From Lepidodermella squamata (lineage: Eukaryota; Animalia; Gastrotricha): a stretch of 64,000 bases of DNA. Shown here one piece after another: positions 36,556 to 48,036 of the stretch. Numbering within the stretch: position 1 is the first letter of the stretch; each line of letters begins with the position of its first letter. The notes below the pieces were generated by a model. That model was not told the origin of the DNA and did not search any database. It was given only the letters and a program-made list of their open reading frames with translations. Position numbers and translations under genes: made by a program. The stretch is taken from positions 4,030,001 to 4,094,000 of the forward strand of contig JBLDXI010000024.1 of assembly GCA_047495785.1 (NCBI GenBank), written 5' to 3'.

Positions 36556-39500
36556 CGTTACGAAAGAGCGATTGCGTGGTGGCGGGTGTTCTCCTGGAAC
36601 CTCCAAGGGTATCAGGAGATAAAGTTGGATGAGATGAGGAAACTCTTGAAGATGTGTGATTTTATCGGCTTTATCGAAACATGGCAGTTAGCTGGAAAAA
36701 TGCCCGAATTCTCGAAATTCAAAAAATTTGATACCTCAGGAAAGAAGATCGGAAAGGGCAGATTGTCAGGAGGACTAGCGGTCTACGTCAAAGAAGAAAT
36801 TGCTATCAACTGCCAAGTTGTTTGGTCAACATCATACAGTCTGTTTCTGTCTGTAAAGCAGGGCGCTGAGAAAATACTAATGGGCTGGATATATCGACAC
36901 GAGATGGAGAACTTCGACGAGTTTGATGAACAAATTCGAGCTTTGAGTCGAGACCATCAAACAGTGCTCTTGATGGGGGATTTCAACTCCAGACTGGGCC
37001 AGGACACAGAACTACCAGATGAACTGGACGAACTACTGCCTCGTAGATTAAGTGAGGATCAAGTCAAGGATCACCCATCGTTCGATGAATTCGCCGACTT
37101 TATCAACAGCAACGATCTCGTGGTAATCAACGGGCGAGTCACTCCAGAAGATAGCCGACATGCTACGCGACCCGGAAGTAAGTCTGTTCTAGACTATGCT
37201 TTGATAAACTTTGATAACTTCGAAAATATCGAGAAAATGAAAATTGAAGAACAGTCCAAAGTCTCTGATCACAGAGCAATATCAGTGACGATGAAAAAGA
37301 ACAGTGTGGCGACAGAAAGAAATCACATCGATCGTCATATGTTCGAATCGGAACTACGCGATTTCGCCTTGCAACTGGGTGGCAATGAGACGGCAACGAC
37401 CATATCTCGCGGACTAGACGAAGTGGCGGAGAGATCGAAGAAAAACTGGAAATGGAGAAAACCGAAATCAAGCTGTGGACCAGGACCGGTGGGTGTGCGT
37501 CCAAGCAAGCTAGCTACTCTATCGGATACGGAGCGGTTCGAATTTCTTTTGGCGAAGCCTAATAAAGTCTGGGAACTCAAGAAAAAAGATCCAAAGCAGA
37601 AAATGCCAACGGCAGATGAATTCCGTGCTCATCTAGCGAAGTCCCTGGGAAACCAAACAATAGGCAACCGCGCAATAGAGACGAAGACAAGACACGTAAA
37701 CTCGATCAACACGATTCGAGCAGTCAAAAGAACAACGAATTACGACGAAGTCCCAACCAAAGTGATTAAACTGGACCAACTAAGAGCCTGGACAAATCCG
37801 TTCGTCAGGTTAGGAACTCATACTGGGTACCCGTTCTCTCCTCCTCAGGAAACTTGTTCGCGAGATTCGATACTGGACCCGATCACCCAAGACGAGGTGA
37901 AACAAACGGTCATGGGCTGCTCAAGAGCTTCGGCGGCGGGCATTGATGGAGTCAGCTATGAAACGATACGGAAAAATATCGACACATTGGCGCCAGTCCT
38001 GAGTGACCTCTACACGAAAATCCTGAAAGGCCAGCCGTACCCCAAGTCCTGGAAAAAGGCAATGATAACGCCAATTTTCAAAATTGGTGACCCGGGCGAT
38101 GTGAAGAACTATCGACCAATTTCGCTGCAGCCGTGCTACGCTAAACTGTTTTCGAAGATATTAGATCAAAGGTTACGTAATTGGCTAAGATTGTTCGCCC
38201 CTCTGAAAAACTGCCAGTTTGGATTTCAAGAGAATCTATCGACAATGGATGCTACCACAGTGTTGTACACGGTCCTCGCTAGTTGGCTAGAGAGACACCC
38301 CCGTGTCTATGCCATCTTCATCGACTTTACCTCTGCATTCGACAAAATCGACAGGGAACTGCTATTCCGGAAATTGGAAAGACGTGGAATCCCGTCGCGA
38401 CTTGTTACGCTCCTTAGGGACATGTACTGCGAAACAAAGGCTGTTGTTTCAGTTGGCGAAAAACTGTCTGCCGAATTCGTAACATCAGAAGGCGTGAAAC
38501 AAGGCGACCCGCTGTCACCCCTCCTGTTTTGTATATATATTGATGACCTAGAAGACTCGCTGAAAATCCCTGGAGTACCGGGTTTGCCTCTGGCAGAAAA
38601 GAGTGTTAGGTGTATCTTATTTGCGGACGACGTTGTGCTGATCTCGGCTTGGCGACACGAGATGGAGGGATATCTACTTCGACTCAAAAACTATGAGCGA
38701 GAAAACTCGATTGCGGTGAACAAGAATAAGACAAAATATATGATATTCGGTGAGGAAGAAGAAGGAAATGTCCCTCTCACATTCGACGGTGAAAATCTTG
38801 AAAAAGTTGAACATTTCAAATACCTGGGCATTTGGCTTTCAAGAGATTTGTCATTCAAAGAAGCCCTGAAACAAGCGCGACTGAGAATCGCGCGAACTGC
38901 CGGGATGTTGCCGAAAATTTTCGATAAATTTGACAAGCTCCCCATCGAGAGCATTCGTACCTTGTATCGCGGTGTTGTACTGGCAACGGGCCTCTACGGC
39001 GCGGAGCTCTGGGGCCTTGACCGCCAACGGGCCCTCGAGCCGATACCGTGGCGCTTAATAAAGAGGGCTCTCGACTTACCGACCTGCTCAAGCCACCGAC
39101 TCCTAGCTAGAGAGATCTGGATGCCCGACCCTAACAACGAAAGGCGCATGGCAGCAATTCGGTACTATTGGCGTATGAAAGAGGCAAAAATCGGTACGCT
39201 CCTGTACTCGGCATACGAAACGCAAAAATACATGAAACCGACGATGAAGAACAAAGTTGACCGTGTGGAAAAAGAAATGGTTAAAATCCACCTCCCGGGC
39301 ATACTGAAAGCAAACGTGGACAGCAAAACTGCAAAGGCCGTCGTCCGACAAAGATATGAGGCCCTGAGCCGCGAAACGAACGCGAAAAACCTAGGTAGCC
39401 GACCATGGTCGATCAACCCAAGAACAAGTGGCATTTCGTACGCCGAGAAGTATTTTGCGAAATTGGGGCGTGAAATGGGTCGAATCCTACTTTTGATTAG

Positions 39501-39741
39501 ATGTGACGCGCTATTCGGCAATTCGGTTTACGTTAGTAATCAATGCAAGCTCTGTTCGTCACCTACGCCGGCTTCCTCTTGGCGACTTCTAGACCACCTC
39601 ACTTCAAATTGTACCGCCATCGACGCATCGCTCAGACTGAGCCAAGCTCAGATAGACAAGCTACTATTCGCCGGTGCAGAAAATCGAAGCAGCGAAACGC
39701 TGAAAAAAATTGATGAGATTGTAAAAATTTATTATCATTAA
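36556..39741 (+). CDS. LINE ORF2 (APE endonuclease + reverse transcriptase + Cys/His C-terminus); open from the codon after the ORF1 stop
   Basis: SWNLQG, FIETW, MGDFNSR, LDY, SDH; NYRPISL, QFGF, FIDFTSAFD, GVKQGDPLSPLLF, LFADD, FKYLG, YGAELWG, C..C...H....C. Confidence 0.95.
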   Translation, partial: RYERAIAWWRVFSWNLQGYQEIKLDEMRKLLKMCDFIGFIETWQLAGKMPEFSKFKKFDTSGKKIGKGRLSGGLAVYVKEEIAINCQVVWSTSYSLFLSVKQGAEKILMGWIYRHEMENFDEFDEQIRALSRDHQTVLLMGDFNSRLGQDTELPDELDELLPRRLSEDQVKDHPSFDEFADFINSNDLVVINGRVTPEDSRHATRPGSKSVLDYALINFDNFENIEKMKIEEQSKVSDHRAISVTMKKNSVATERNHIDRHMFESELRDFALQLGGNETATTISRGLDEVAERSKKNWKWRKPKSSCGPGPVGVRPSKLATLSDTERFEFLLAKPNKVWELKKKDPKQKMPTADEFRAHLAKSLGNQTIGNRAIETKTRHVNSINTIRAVKRTTNYDEVPTKVIKLDQLRAWTNPFVRLGTHTGYPFSPPQETCSRDSILDPITQDEVKQTVMGCSRASAAGIDGVSYETIRKNIDTLAPVLSDLYTKILKGQPYPKSWKKAMITPIFKIGDPGDVKNYRPISLQPCYAKLFSKILDQRLRNWLRLFAPLKNCQFGFQENLSTMDATTVLYTVLASWLERHPRVYAIFIDFTSAFDKIDRELLFRKLERRGIPSRLVTLLRDMYCETKAVVSVGEKLSAEFVTSEGVKQGDPLSPLLFCIYIDDLEDSLKIPGVPGLPLAEKSVRCILFADDVVLISAWRHEMEGYLLRLKNYERENSIAVNKNKTKYMIFGEEEEGNVPLTFDGENLEKVEHFKYLGIWLSRDLSFKEALKQARLRIARTAGMLPKIFDKFDKLPIESIRTLYRGVVLATGLYGAELWGLDRQRALEPIPWRLIKRALDLPTCSSHRLLAREIWMPDPNNERRMAAIRYYWRMKEAKIGTLLYSAYETQKYMKPTMKNKVDRVEKEMVKIHLPGILKANVDSKTAKAVVRQRYEALSRETNAKNLGSRPWSINPRTSGISYAEKYFAKLGREMGRILLLIRCDALFGNSVYVSNQCKLCSSPTPASSWRLLDHLTSNCTAIDASLRLSQAQIDKLLFAGAENRSSETLKKIDEIVKIYYH

Positions 39742-39878
39742 AAGGTTTACTTGTCGGTGTATGAATTAAAAAATGAATACAAAACGTCGCTTTAAGATTT
39801 ATTAATTTCTGTTTCCTGTTTTTTTTTCCCTTCTATGTGCTTTTAAAAATATTACTGACTGGCTGACGAAAACTAATA

Positions 39879-39880
<2 letters not shown>

Positions 39881-39920
<40 letters not shown>
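39881..39920 (+). repeat. (TCAA)10 LINE 3' tail
   Basis: Ten perfect TCAA units directly after AATAAA. Confidence 0.95.
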
Positions 39921-39922
<2 letters not shown>

Positions 39923-42127
39923 ACTTCGCTTTTTGATTGATCATCGTAAACGCGATGATGACGAGCCGGCAAACACGGCAGTTCTGACTGACGTTGTGCT
40001 ACACTGGAAGCTTAAAGTCCCAAGTTTTTCTTCGTTCCCTAGTTCCCCTTTACCTATTTGCATACTTAGCAGGGACATTCTTTTAGCTCCGAATACCTGG
40101 AGCTTTTGACTGCGGCGTCCGCCGATTGCTGATTGCTTCTAGCATCGATCTTAGGCGTCGTTTTCATGTATTTGTTTCTTTTTACTACGTTTAGCTATTA
40201 CAAAATGAGCGGTTTCAAGCGCGACAAGAAGGAGGAAGAAGAAGTCGCCAGCAATCCTCTTTACGCTATCGACAAGAGCACAGTGTTGCAAGATGCCAGA
40301 TACTTTAATGAAAACAACGTTAGCCCTCGGCGCTGCATCCAAATTTTGACGAAGCTTCTTTATTTGATCAACCAGGTATGCATAGACCCAGAACTTTTCA
40401 CAGTAGATATATACCGTATTTTACGAATTATAAGACCCTGCCCTGTATTTTTTTCAAACGAGGTTCAAGTCCTGCCCTGTATTTAGGGTCTGCCCTTTAA
40501 TTCGGCTCTGCCCTATAATTTTTCGAACCTAATCAGTCACCTGAAAAGTACCTATATCAACAGTTAAAACCGCCGAATAACCCCTATAGCTACTGCCTTC
40601 CACCTGTGACTACACGCGTGAAGTGTGTACTCATGTAGATTAAGGTGGATAAAGGACGATTAGTGCACTTACTGACGAAAAATCGCAACCTATCCAACTT
40701 TAACCACTTACGCAGCAGGCGCTCATGTAAGCCACTTCATACAAGGCCCTGCCTATTAATAAGGTTCTGCCCTTTATTATTTCAAATGACCATTACCCTC
40801 TGCCCTTTATTCCGGTTCTGCCCTATAATTGGGTCCTGCCTAATAATTCGTAAAATACGGTATATTATTGTTCAACATTAGGGTGAGTCCTTTGGAGTTC
40901 GCGAAGCCACTGATGCCTTTTTCGCGATGACGAAGCTATTTCAGCTGAGAGATCAAACTGTGCGCCAACTGATGTACATTACTATTAAGGAAATGACAAC
41001 TATGGCCGAGAATGTAATCATCGTCACTAGCAGCCTGCAAAAAGACATGACTGGCAAGGACGACGTTTTCCGTGGACCTGCTATCCGCGCTCTTTGCAAG
41101 ATCACCGATCTTGGCATGATGCAAGCCCTTGAGCGCTACATGAAACAAGGCATTGTTGACAAAGTGCCGCCAGCTGCTTCAGCTGCTATCGTAGCATCTA
41201 TCCATCTGAGCCGATCAGGTTCTGCCGGAGCTGATTTAGTTCGACGTTGGATCAATGAAGTACAAGAAGCTGTCAATTCCGACAACGTTATGGTTCAATA
41301 CCACGCCTTGGGTCTGCTTTACGAAATCCGCCGTTTGGACCGTCTTGCTGTTGTGAAAATGTTGGGCAAATACGTCAAGCAGCCTCTTCGCTCACCATAT
41401 GCGTCGACCTTCTTGATTCGTCTGGCTACCAAGACGATCAATGAGGACGAACAAGGATCAGATTCGACGTTGTACGACTTCATCGAAAGCTGCCTGCGTC
41501 ACAAATCTGACATGGTCGTTCTGGAGGCAGCTCGCGCTATTGTCAGTCTGCGCCAGTCTGGGCTGGGTCGTGATCTGAACCAGGCAATTTCATCCCTCCA
41601 GCTATTTTGCAGCTCTCCGAAACCTGTTCTACGTTTCGCAGCAGTTCGAACTCTCAGCCTTGTCGCTATGGACCAACCTCAGGCCGTTGCTGCTTGCAAT
41701 TTGGATCTCGAGGGTCTGATCACCGATCAAAACCGTTCAATCGCAACCCTGGCTATTACCACCCTGCTGAAAACTGGCACTGAGTCTTCAATTGATCGTC
41801 TGATGAAGCAAATTCAGTCGTTTATGTCTGAAATTTCGGACGAGTTCAAAGTCGTCGTTGTCGACGCGATCAAATCGCTGTGCTCGAAATACCCGAGAAA
41901 GCATTCCGTTCTCATGTTTTTCCTGTCCCAGGCTCTTCGTGACGACGGAGGTTTTGAGTTCAAGAAAGCGATTGTCGCCGCTATTATCGGAATTATCGAG
42001 GAAATCCCCGAGGCGAAGGAAGTTGGCTTGTCTCATTTGTGTGAATTCATCGAAGATTGCGAGCATACCCTACTTGCTATTCAAATTTTGAACCTGCTCG
42101 GACGAGAGGGCCCGCGAACTCTGACCC
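39919..42127 (+). repeat. 2,209-bp direct repeat, copy 2 (right target duplication of the LINE)
   Basis: Matches 33278-35486; starts at the end of the TCAA tail. Confidence 0.95.
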
Positions 42128-43510
42128 CTGCCAAGTTTATTCGATACATCTATAATCGAGTTTTGTTGGAACAGCCGGTTGTACGAGCTGCTGCCGTCGC
42201 TGCTTTAGCCAAATTCGGCGCTGCTTGTGACGCTCTGAGGGCTAGCATCATCGTCCTATTAGAGCGGTGCTTGCTTGATGTTGATGACGAAGTTCGAGAC
42301 CGCTCGACTCTATACGTTCATCTGTTGAAACGCGGCGATAAGGCCTTGATGTCTCAGTACATTTTGAACTCACTGCCTGTCGCAGTTGCTCCGTTAGAAC
42401 GAGCCCTTCACCAATACACGCTGGCACCAAGCGAGGCTCCGTTCGACATTCGAAGCGTCCCAGTTGTCGAGGCTGCCCCGATCAAGACCGGCCGCCCAAC
42501 CGCCGGCCCTGCTTCATCTGGTCCGACTAGCGGCCAACCGACCGGCGCCCAGGAGAAGACCCCGTTGACCCGGGCTGAAATCTACAAGGAACAACTCGCC
42601 CGTATTCCGCAATTTGCGAGCCTGGGGCCGTTGTTCAAGTCAACCCAGCCGTTCGATTTGACCGATGCCGGCACCGAATACCAAGTCTCAGTTGTCAAAC
42701 ACATCTTCGACCGCCACATCGTTTTCCAGTTCGACTGCACGAATACGCTGAACGACCAACTGCTCGAAGTTGTTCACGTGCAAATGGACACGAACGACGC
42801 GTTTGAAGTCGTGTGCTCGATCCCGCTGCCGCAGCTGCACTACAACCAGCCGGGTATCACCTACACGTGCGTTCAGTTGTCCGACGACCCGCTCGCGATA
42901 ACCGGCTCCTTTGCTTGTGTGCTCAAATTCAACGTCAAAGATTGTGATCCAGCCACCGGCAAGCCGGAGACCGATGTCGAGTACGCGGATGAGTACGCCC
43001 TCGAGAATTTGGACGTGACTGTTGCTGACTTCGTCGTGCGCATCGCCAAGCCGAATTTCACCGCCGCCTGGGCTGAGTTGGACGGCGTTCCAGAGGTTGA
43101 TGACACCTACGCTCTGACCACCGTCTCAAGCCTTGATGGTTCGTTATTAGCCCTATATTTAGCGTTCAAGTTGCCCGAAAATATGATTTTCGAACTCATC
43201 AATCTTCCTTAAAAATCTCAATTTTTCTGAATTTGAGCCCTAATTTTTTAATTTTTTTTTTCGATTTTTCCTTGTAGAAGCCGTGAAGAGTCTCATTGAA
43301 ATCATGGGCCTGCAGCCGTGCGATCGATCGGAGAAGGTGCCCGAGGGCAAGGCAATCCACACGCTGTTCATGTCCGGCATCTACCGCGGCTACGCCGACG
43401 TGCTAGTCCAGGCGAAACTCGGCCAGGTCCAGGCCGGAGTCACACTTCAGTTGACCGTGCGCAGTTCGGACGAAAACGCCGCCAAGGTCATTGCATCGGC
43501 AGTCGGCTAA
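40205..43510 (+). CDS. COPG: Coatomer subunit gamma, intact (about 886 aa; exons 40205-40375, 40882-43138, 43278-43510)
   Basis: [11 protein letters not shown]...[50 protein letters not shown], appendage-domain motifs (TEY.V..VKHIF..HIVFQF.CTNTLND). Confidence 0.96.
40414..40860. mobile_element. Tc1/mariner-type MITE in COPG intron 1, copy 2
   Basis: Duplicated together with the 2,209-bp repeat. Confidence 0.85.
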
Positions 43511-43850
43511 GCCGGCGAGAACATTCACACATTAATTGTTGTGATCGCGGGATAGCGAAAAAATGAACATAATTTAAGGTGGACTTTTTCTGCTATAAAG
43601 TAATATTAATGAGTGTGGTAAAATATTATTATTTGGTGAAAAAATGGATTAATATCAATCCATTTTAAAATATTTCGCATGTGAAACAAATATTGTGTTG
43701 TCATTTCGGGTTGTGTGCTTGATGAAAAAAAACAGCTTTCGTTTATTCGAAATATTATTATAATAATATGCTGCTAATTAACCACCAGTGAATCAAGTAA
43801 AACTTCGGTTATTGGGCTATATACCTGGTTGTGTTTTTTGTAGTGTTAAC

Positions 43851-44878
43851 ATGAGGACTTTGTTGTTTCGGCATCGCGAGACGCCGCGCAAGTTGGCCAG
43901 CGCGTTGTACCCTGGTTCGGGCCCGGCTGAGCGGTTGGAGATCCTGCGGCGCCTGGTGACCAATGTCGTGCGCCACGAACGCGTTGAACACACTTTCTAT
44001 CGACTGGCTGAAACGCGGCAATACGTCGAACTGGTTAATAAAATTCGAATAATATTTTTCATTAAAACTGATGAAAAATTGGTTATAAAATTAAAAATAA
44101 TCAATTCCAAAGTATCTCTTTAGCGGAACCAAAAATTCCAAATTTTTGAGTAGCTAAATTTCAGAATTTTCCGTGATTTCAGGAACAATCCTTTAAAAAA
44201 TGATGAAATTACAATTTTTCGCAACTGTTCAATAAAATTTCTTCCTCATCATCATCACTTCAAGAATCGGCATGATGATAGGTTGATGAAATGATTCGAA
44301 AAATGATACTGTGCCTAGCTTGGGTTTGGTGCCAAGTTGAAATTTGGTCCCGAAAAAAGTTCAACAATTTTAATTTTTTAATTTTTCTAATTATATAATT
44401 TTTAGAAATTCAGCGATCGATTTATTATTGAATTTCAATTTCTTTAAATTTTCACAATTTTTTAAATATTTTTTGTACGATTATTTTTCAGCTTATTCAA
44501 CAAGCAATACAACATGGTGATCGGCATCAACCGACCATGGAAGTGGCTGATTATTGGCTGCTCGAGAAAGACCTGATTCCGAAACTGTTTCAAGTCCTGG
44601 CGCCTAGATACCAGTCCTACGCGACCAGTTTCACGAAACTCCACCGACTGCCGCCGTCCTACCCTGGCCTAGACGTGCCGCAGGCTGTGCTTGAATTGCG
44701 CGGCAACCCGTGGCCACCGATGATAGCCGGGTCCATCGAATCCGACCGGCGGAAGAAGCATTTTCTGCCGAATATCCTGCTCGATGCGGCTCGAGCCGAG
44801 TTCCAGCAGCGGCAGAACAAAGCCAGCAATCCTAGTCCGCCCTCGACCAACGCCCCAGAATCCGGCAATAAGGAATGA
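43851..44878 (+). CDS. MRPL17: Mitochondrial ribosomal protein L17 (exons 43851-44033, 44492-44878)
   Basis: LRRLVTNVVRHERVE...AETRQYVE|LLI..AI, EVADYWLLEKDLIPKLFQVLAPRY, AVLELRGNPWP. Confidence 0.92.
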
Positions 44879-46010
44879 TTTGCAAAACAAAACGAGCCAA
44901 ATTTAGATTTTATGACGATTGTGCCTCTGAAACGAGTGATTTGTTCAACGCTCAACTTGATAATAAAATAAAAGCTCACATCAAATCGATACAGGGTGTC
45001 TCATAAAAGTAACTCAGTCAAAGAAAAGACTGTGGAAAGGGGTCAGACTCTCCAAAAACCAAGGCCATTTCTGATCTCATGGAACTGCTTATTAATATGC
45101 CACTTGTCGAACAGAATGAAAAATCCGAAGAAATTCCGTCGAAACTCGTAAAACACCGATCCATTCCCATCGGGTTTTCTTCAGTGAAATCGTACAGAGA
45201 ATCATACGGAATGCTTCCATCTGCTTCCATTTACTGATTATACCGAATGTCTCCACGAAAAGCAACAATACCAGTAGTCCCGCGTACCACGAGACTTTCG
45301 GCATTGTTCCGAGTTCATTATTTTCATGCAAGTATCGGGGTTCAAGTTTTAATTTCTTGAATTTTTGAAAAATTATTTGTTACCCAGTTTATTATTAAAA
45401 CGACCAGAATCTAGAGACATCATCCAAATAGCCTGAGTCCGGAGTTGAAATAGGTAATCCTTTAGCTTCAAATTCAATAGCGCGTAATCAGTAACCTTGC
45501 ATATACGATTCACTACTTATTCGGTTGCTAGCTTCACAGAACACAATCTTTCGCAGCTATTCGAAAAGTGGCCAATGCTTGATGTTTGCCTCCATCCTGA
45601 CTCCGCTGCGCACAATCTTTTTCTACAGCAAGCCTTCTTCCGCATCTTTGGCGTTATCCACTGGCATAGCAGCGAATCATTCTCTCATCGCAGCAACGTT
45701 TCAACTCTTCCGGGTGAAGGAAGTGGGCTTTAAAATACACAGAACTCACCATCAGTGAAGTGAAGTTCCCATCGGAGTTCGAGAGAGTAATTTTTTTATA
45801 CCGCAGTGACTGTGATCAATTTTTCATTTCCTATTTTTAGCAAATACTCTTCCCCCGTCAATTAGCATGTTTGCTGAAAGCTGTTTTACTTGATACAATT
45901 ATCCACGTTTGGGATATTGTCAAATCGATGCGAGCATCCCAACGGAAATTATGAGACACCTGGCCAAAACGTGGACTTGAATCGGACGGCACAGAGCTGC
46001 CAAATCCAAA

Positions 46011-47216
46011 ATGATGCTCGTCATCATGCTTATCATTGAGATGCTTGCGAGCCCTATTCTTGCTGGAGGAAACGATTCATCGGCAGGGGAAGATGTAATG
46101 CCCTTGTTGTTCAAAGACTGCAAACTGTCACCCAGCGCCGTAGTTCCTAATATGGCCAGTTCTCGAAAGCCGGTTGCAGTGGAAACCACTCTTTCCTTAG
46201 ACACAATAGTCGGAATAAGCGAGTTGGAAGAAACTATAGAACTAACGGGCGGCCTTCTCGTTACTTTCTACCTCGACTGTTTGGCAAAATCAGCTGTTAA
46301 ATACAACGAGACATACGAGGTTCCAGTTTATGGCGTCATTACTAACACCAACGACTATTGGCGACCACCGATCACGTTCATGAACAGCCGCAATGATCAC
46401 GGCCTTACTCAGAATGTCTACCCTGCTATCCTGATGTATCCATTTCTTGGCACTGCCGCCTACGTTTTTACTGGATTTTTCACGCCAAGATGCCCGATGA
46501 ATTTTGAAACGTAAGCTAATATGCCTTTGCAGGTTGCAGAAGCTGCCTATTTAGCCGTTTCCATTAACCTCAGATTCCCATTTGATACTCAAACCTGTGA
46601 ACTCAGCTTTGGATTGTATCTACCAAGCAGCGCGATAAGTATCAAGAAGCATAGCAACATTTTCAACAGCGGCCCAGGTAAATTCGTCTCGCCAAATATA
46701 GGCTGGAGGCTTCTGAATTCCTCGAGCGACTTCAGCCTGCGTCAGGCTTCTGGTATCGGCTATTTCGAACTGTCAACTTCAATAACAATCAAACGCCGGC
46801 CTGATTATTTTATCGCGAACATCGTCATGCCGTGTTTCTTCCTAACTGCAGCCCAATTCGTGACGTTTTTCATGCCGACCGAGGCCCCGGAACGTGCGAG
46901 CTATGCTGTAACGATTCTGTTGAGTTTCACTGTCATACAAGCCCAGGTGCAATTGAACATACCGAAAACCCCTGTGAACATTCTGATCAACGACGTGATT
47001 CAGGCGGAATCGATCTCAGCCCTAATTGTTACCCTCTATGCTGGTGTCACATGTGCGTGGTACAAATCGTCGCACAAAAGAGCGAATCGAGTAATTGAGA
47101 TCTTTTGCGCGAAAATCTTGCTATGCCGCCTGGTTGATTTAATTTCTGCGTCGATCCTCGCCGCCATTTTGATCACAATCAATGCCGGAGTTGGATATTT
47201 CATTTACACAGCTTGA
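46011..47216 (+). CDS. Cys-loop ligand-gated ion channel subunit (nAChR-like, non-alpha), paralogue 1; intron 46511-46573
   Basis: Signal peptide, WRPP, Cys-loop CPMNFETFPFDTQTC, pre-M1 IKRRP, M2 PERASYAVTILLSFTV, four TM segments. Confidence 0.88.
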
Positions 47217-47423
47217 GCTTCAACGGCGTATAAGAACGGTCAAGACGAGAACTGAATCCTTGAACTAGAAGTCGACATTGCTAATTACCGATGTTAATTT
47301 TCATTCTTATATTATTTAAATGACGATTCAATTTCGAATTAAAATTACCACCAGATTCCATGAGAGCTGACATGTGTGTATTCAAAATTTTCATGTGGTG
47401 ACGTTATTTATAGTTTTTGTGTC

Positions 47424-48010
47424 TGTGGCGGTGATGCCACCTGCGCCGTGACACGCGCCCTTGCGGCACGCGTCCGCTTCTCCCGCCACGGCGCCCACGG
47501 GCCCACCTAAGCACGCTCCTATCATTCATCAATCTGTCATTTCATATTTCATTCATATTTCATTACGCTTTACCGGTGCCTCCGCAGGGTCCTCTCACCC
47601 TATCGTCCGCCTCTGCTAACTCAGCCGTCAGCCGATTCCACCGTTAATCCGAATTACTACTGTTACCTAGAACATATTTTATCTATTTTTACTCATCACA
47701 TCGGTACGTTGTATCGCGATCCGCGATATCCACTCCGCCTGCCTACTCCGCGTGATCGGTAATTTATTGTTACGGCCTGAATAACCTCAGTTTCATATCG
47801 CCTTCATTTCAACAGCTTTGCTTACGTGCCGTTTGTCTGCTTCTCCTCCCGGCTGACTGCTTCGCTTTATCTCGAACCCGGTATGCCACCTCGCCCTACC
47901 TTTATACACTTTTTCCTTACACTGTGCTTGTATACAGGGCCTTGATTTTACCTGAATAAAAGACCTGATTGCCAACAACCAGTTGTGCTCCTATTGGTCT
48001 CACTGTTACA
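47424..48010 (+). repeat. 5' LTR
   Basis: TGTGGCGG...CTGTTACA; matches 55866-56452 wherever compared. Confidence 0.96.
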
Positions 48011-48011
48011 C

Positions 48012-48029
48012 TGGTGCATCGGCCGGGAA
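48012..48029 (+). promoter_or_regulatory. Primer-binding site complementary to the tRNA-Gly(GCC) 3' end
   Basis: TGGTGCATCGGCCGGGAA is the reverse complement of ...TTCCCGGCCGATGCA-CCA. Confidence 0.88.
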
Positions 48030-48036
48030 ATCCGTC

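Larger units (their letters stand above)
35487..39918 (+). mobile_element. Apparently full-length non-LTR retrotransposon (LINE, RTEX/L2-like), 4,432 bp
   Basis: 5' UTR, ORF1, APE-RT ORF2, AATAAA at 39875-39880 followed by a (TCAA)10 tail; flanked by 2,209-bp direct repeats. Confidence 0.95.

Noticed and set aside
33278-42127. The 2.2-kb direct repeats as LTRs of a retroelement or as a processed retrocopy
   Set aside because: They are host COPG sequence with the intron retained, with no TG..CA ends, PBS or PPT; the enclosed element is an APE-type LINE
45018-45331. Two short minus-strand ORFs with a hydrophobic stretch
   Set aside because: No recognisable motif or consistent splice model
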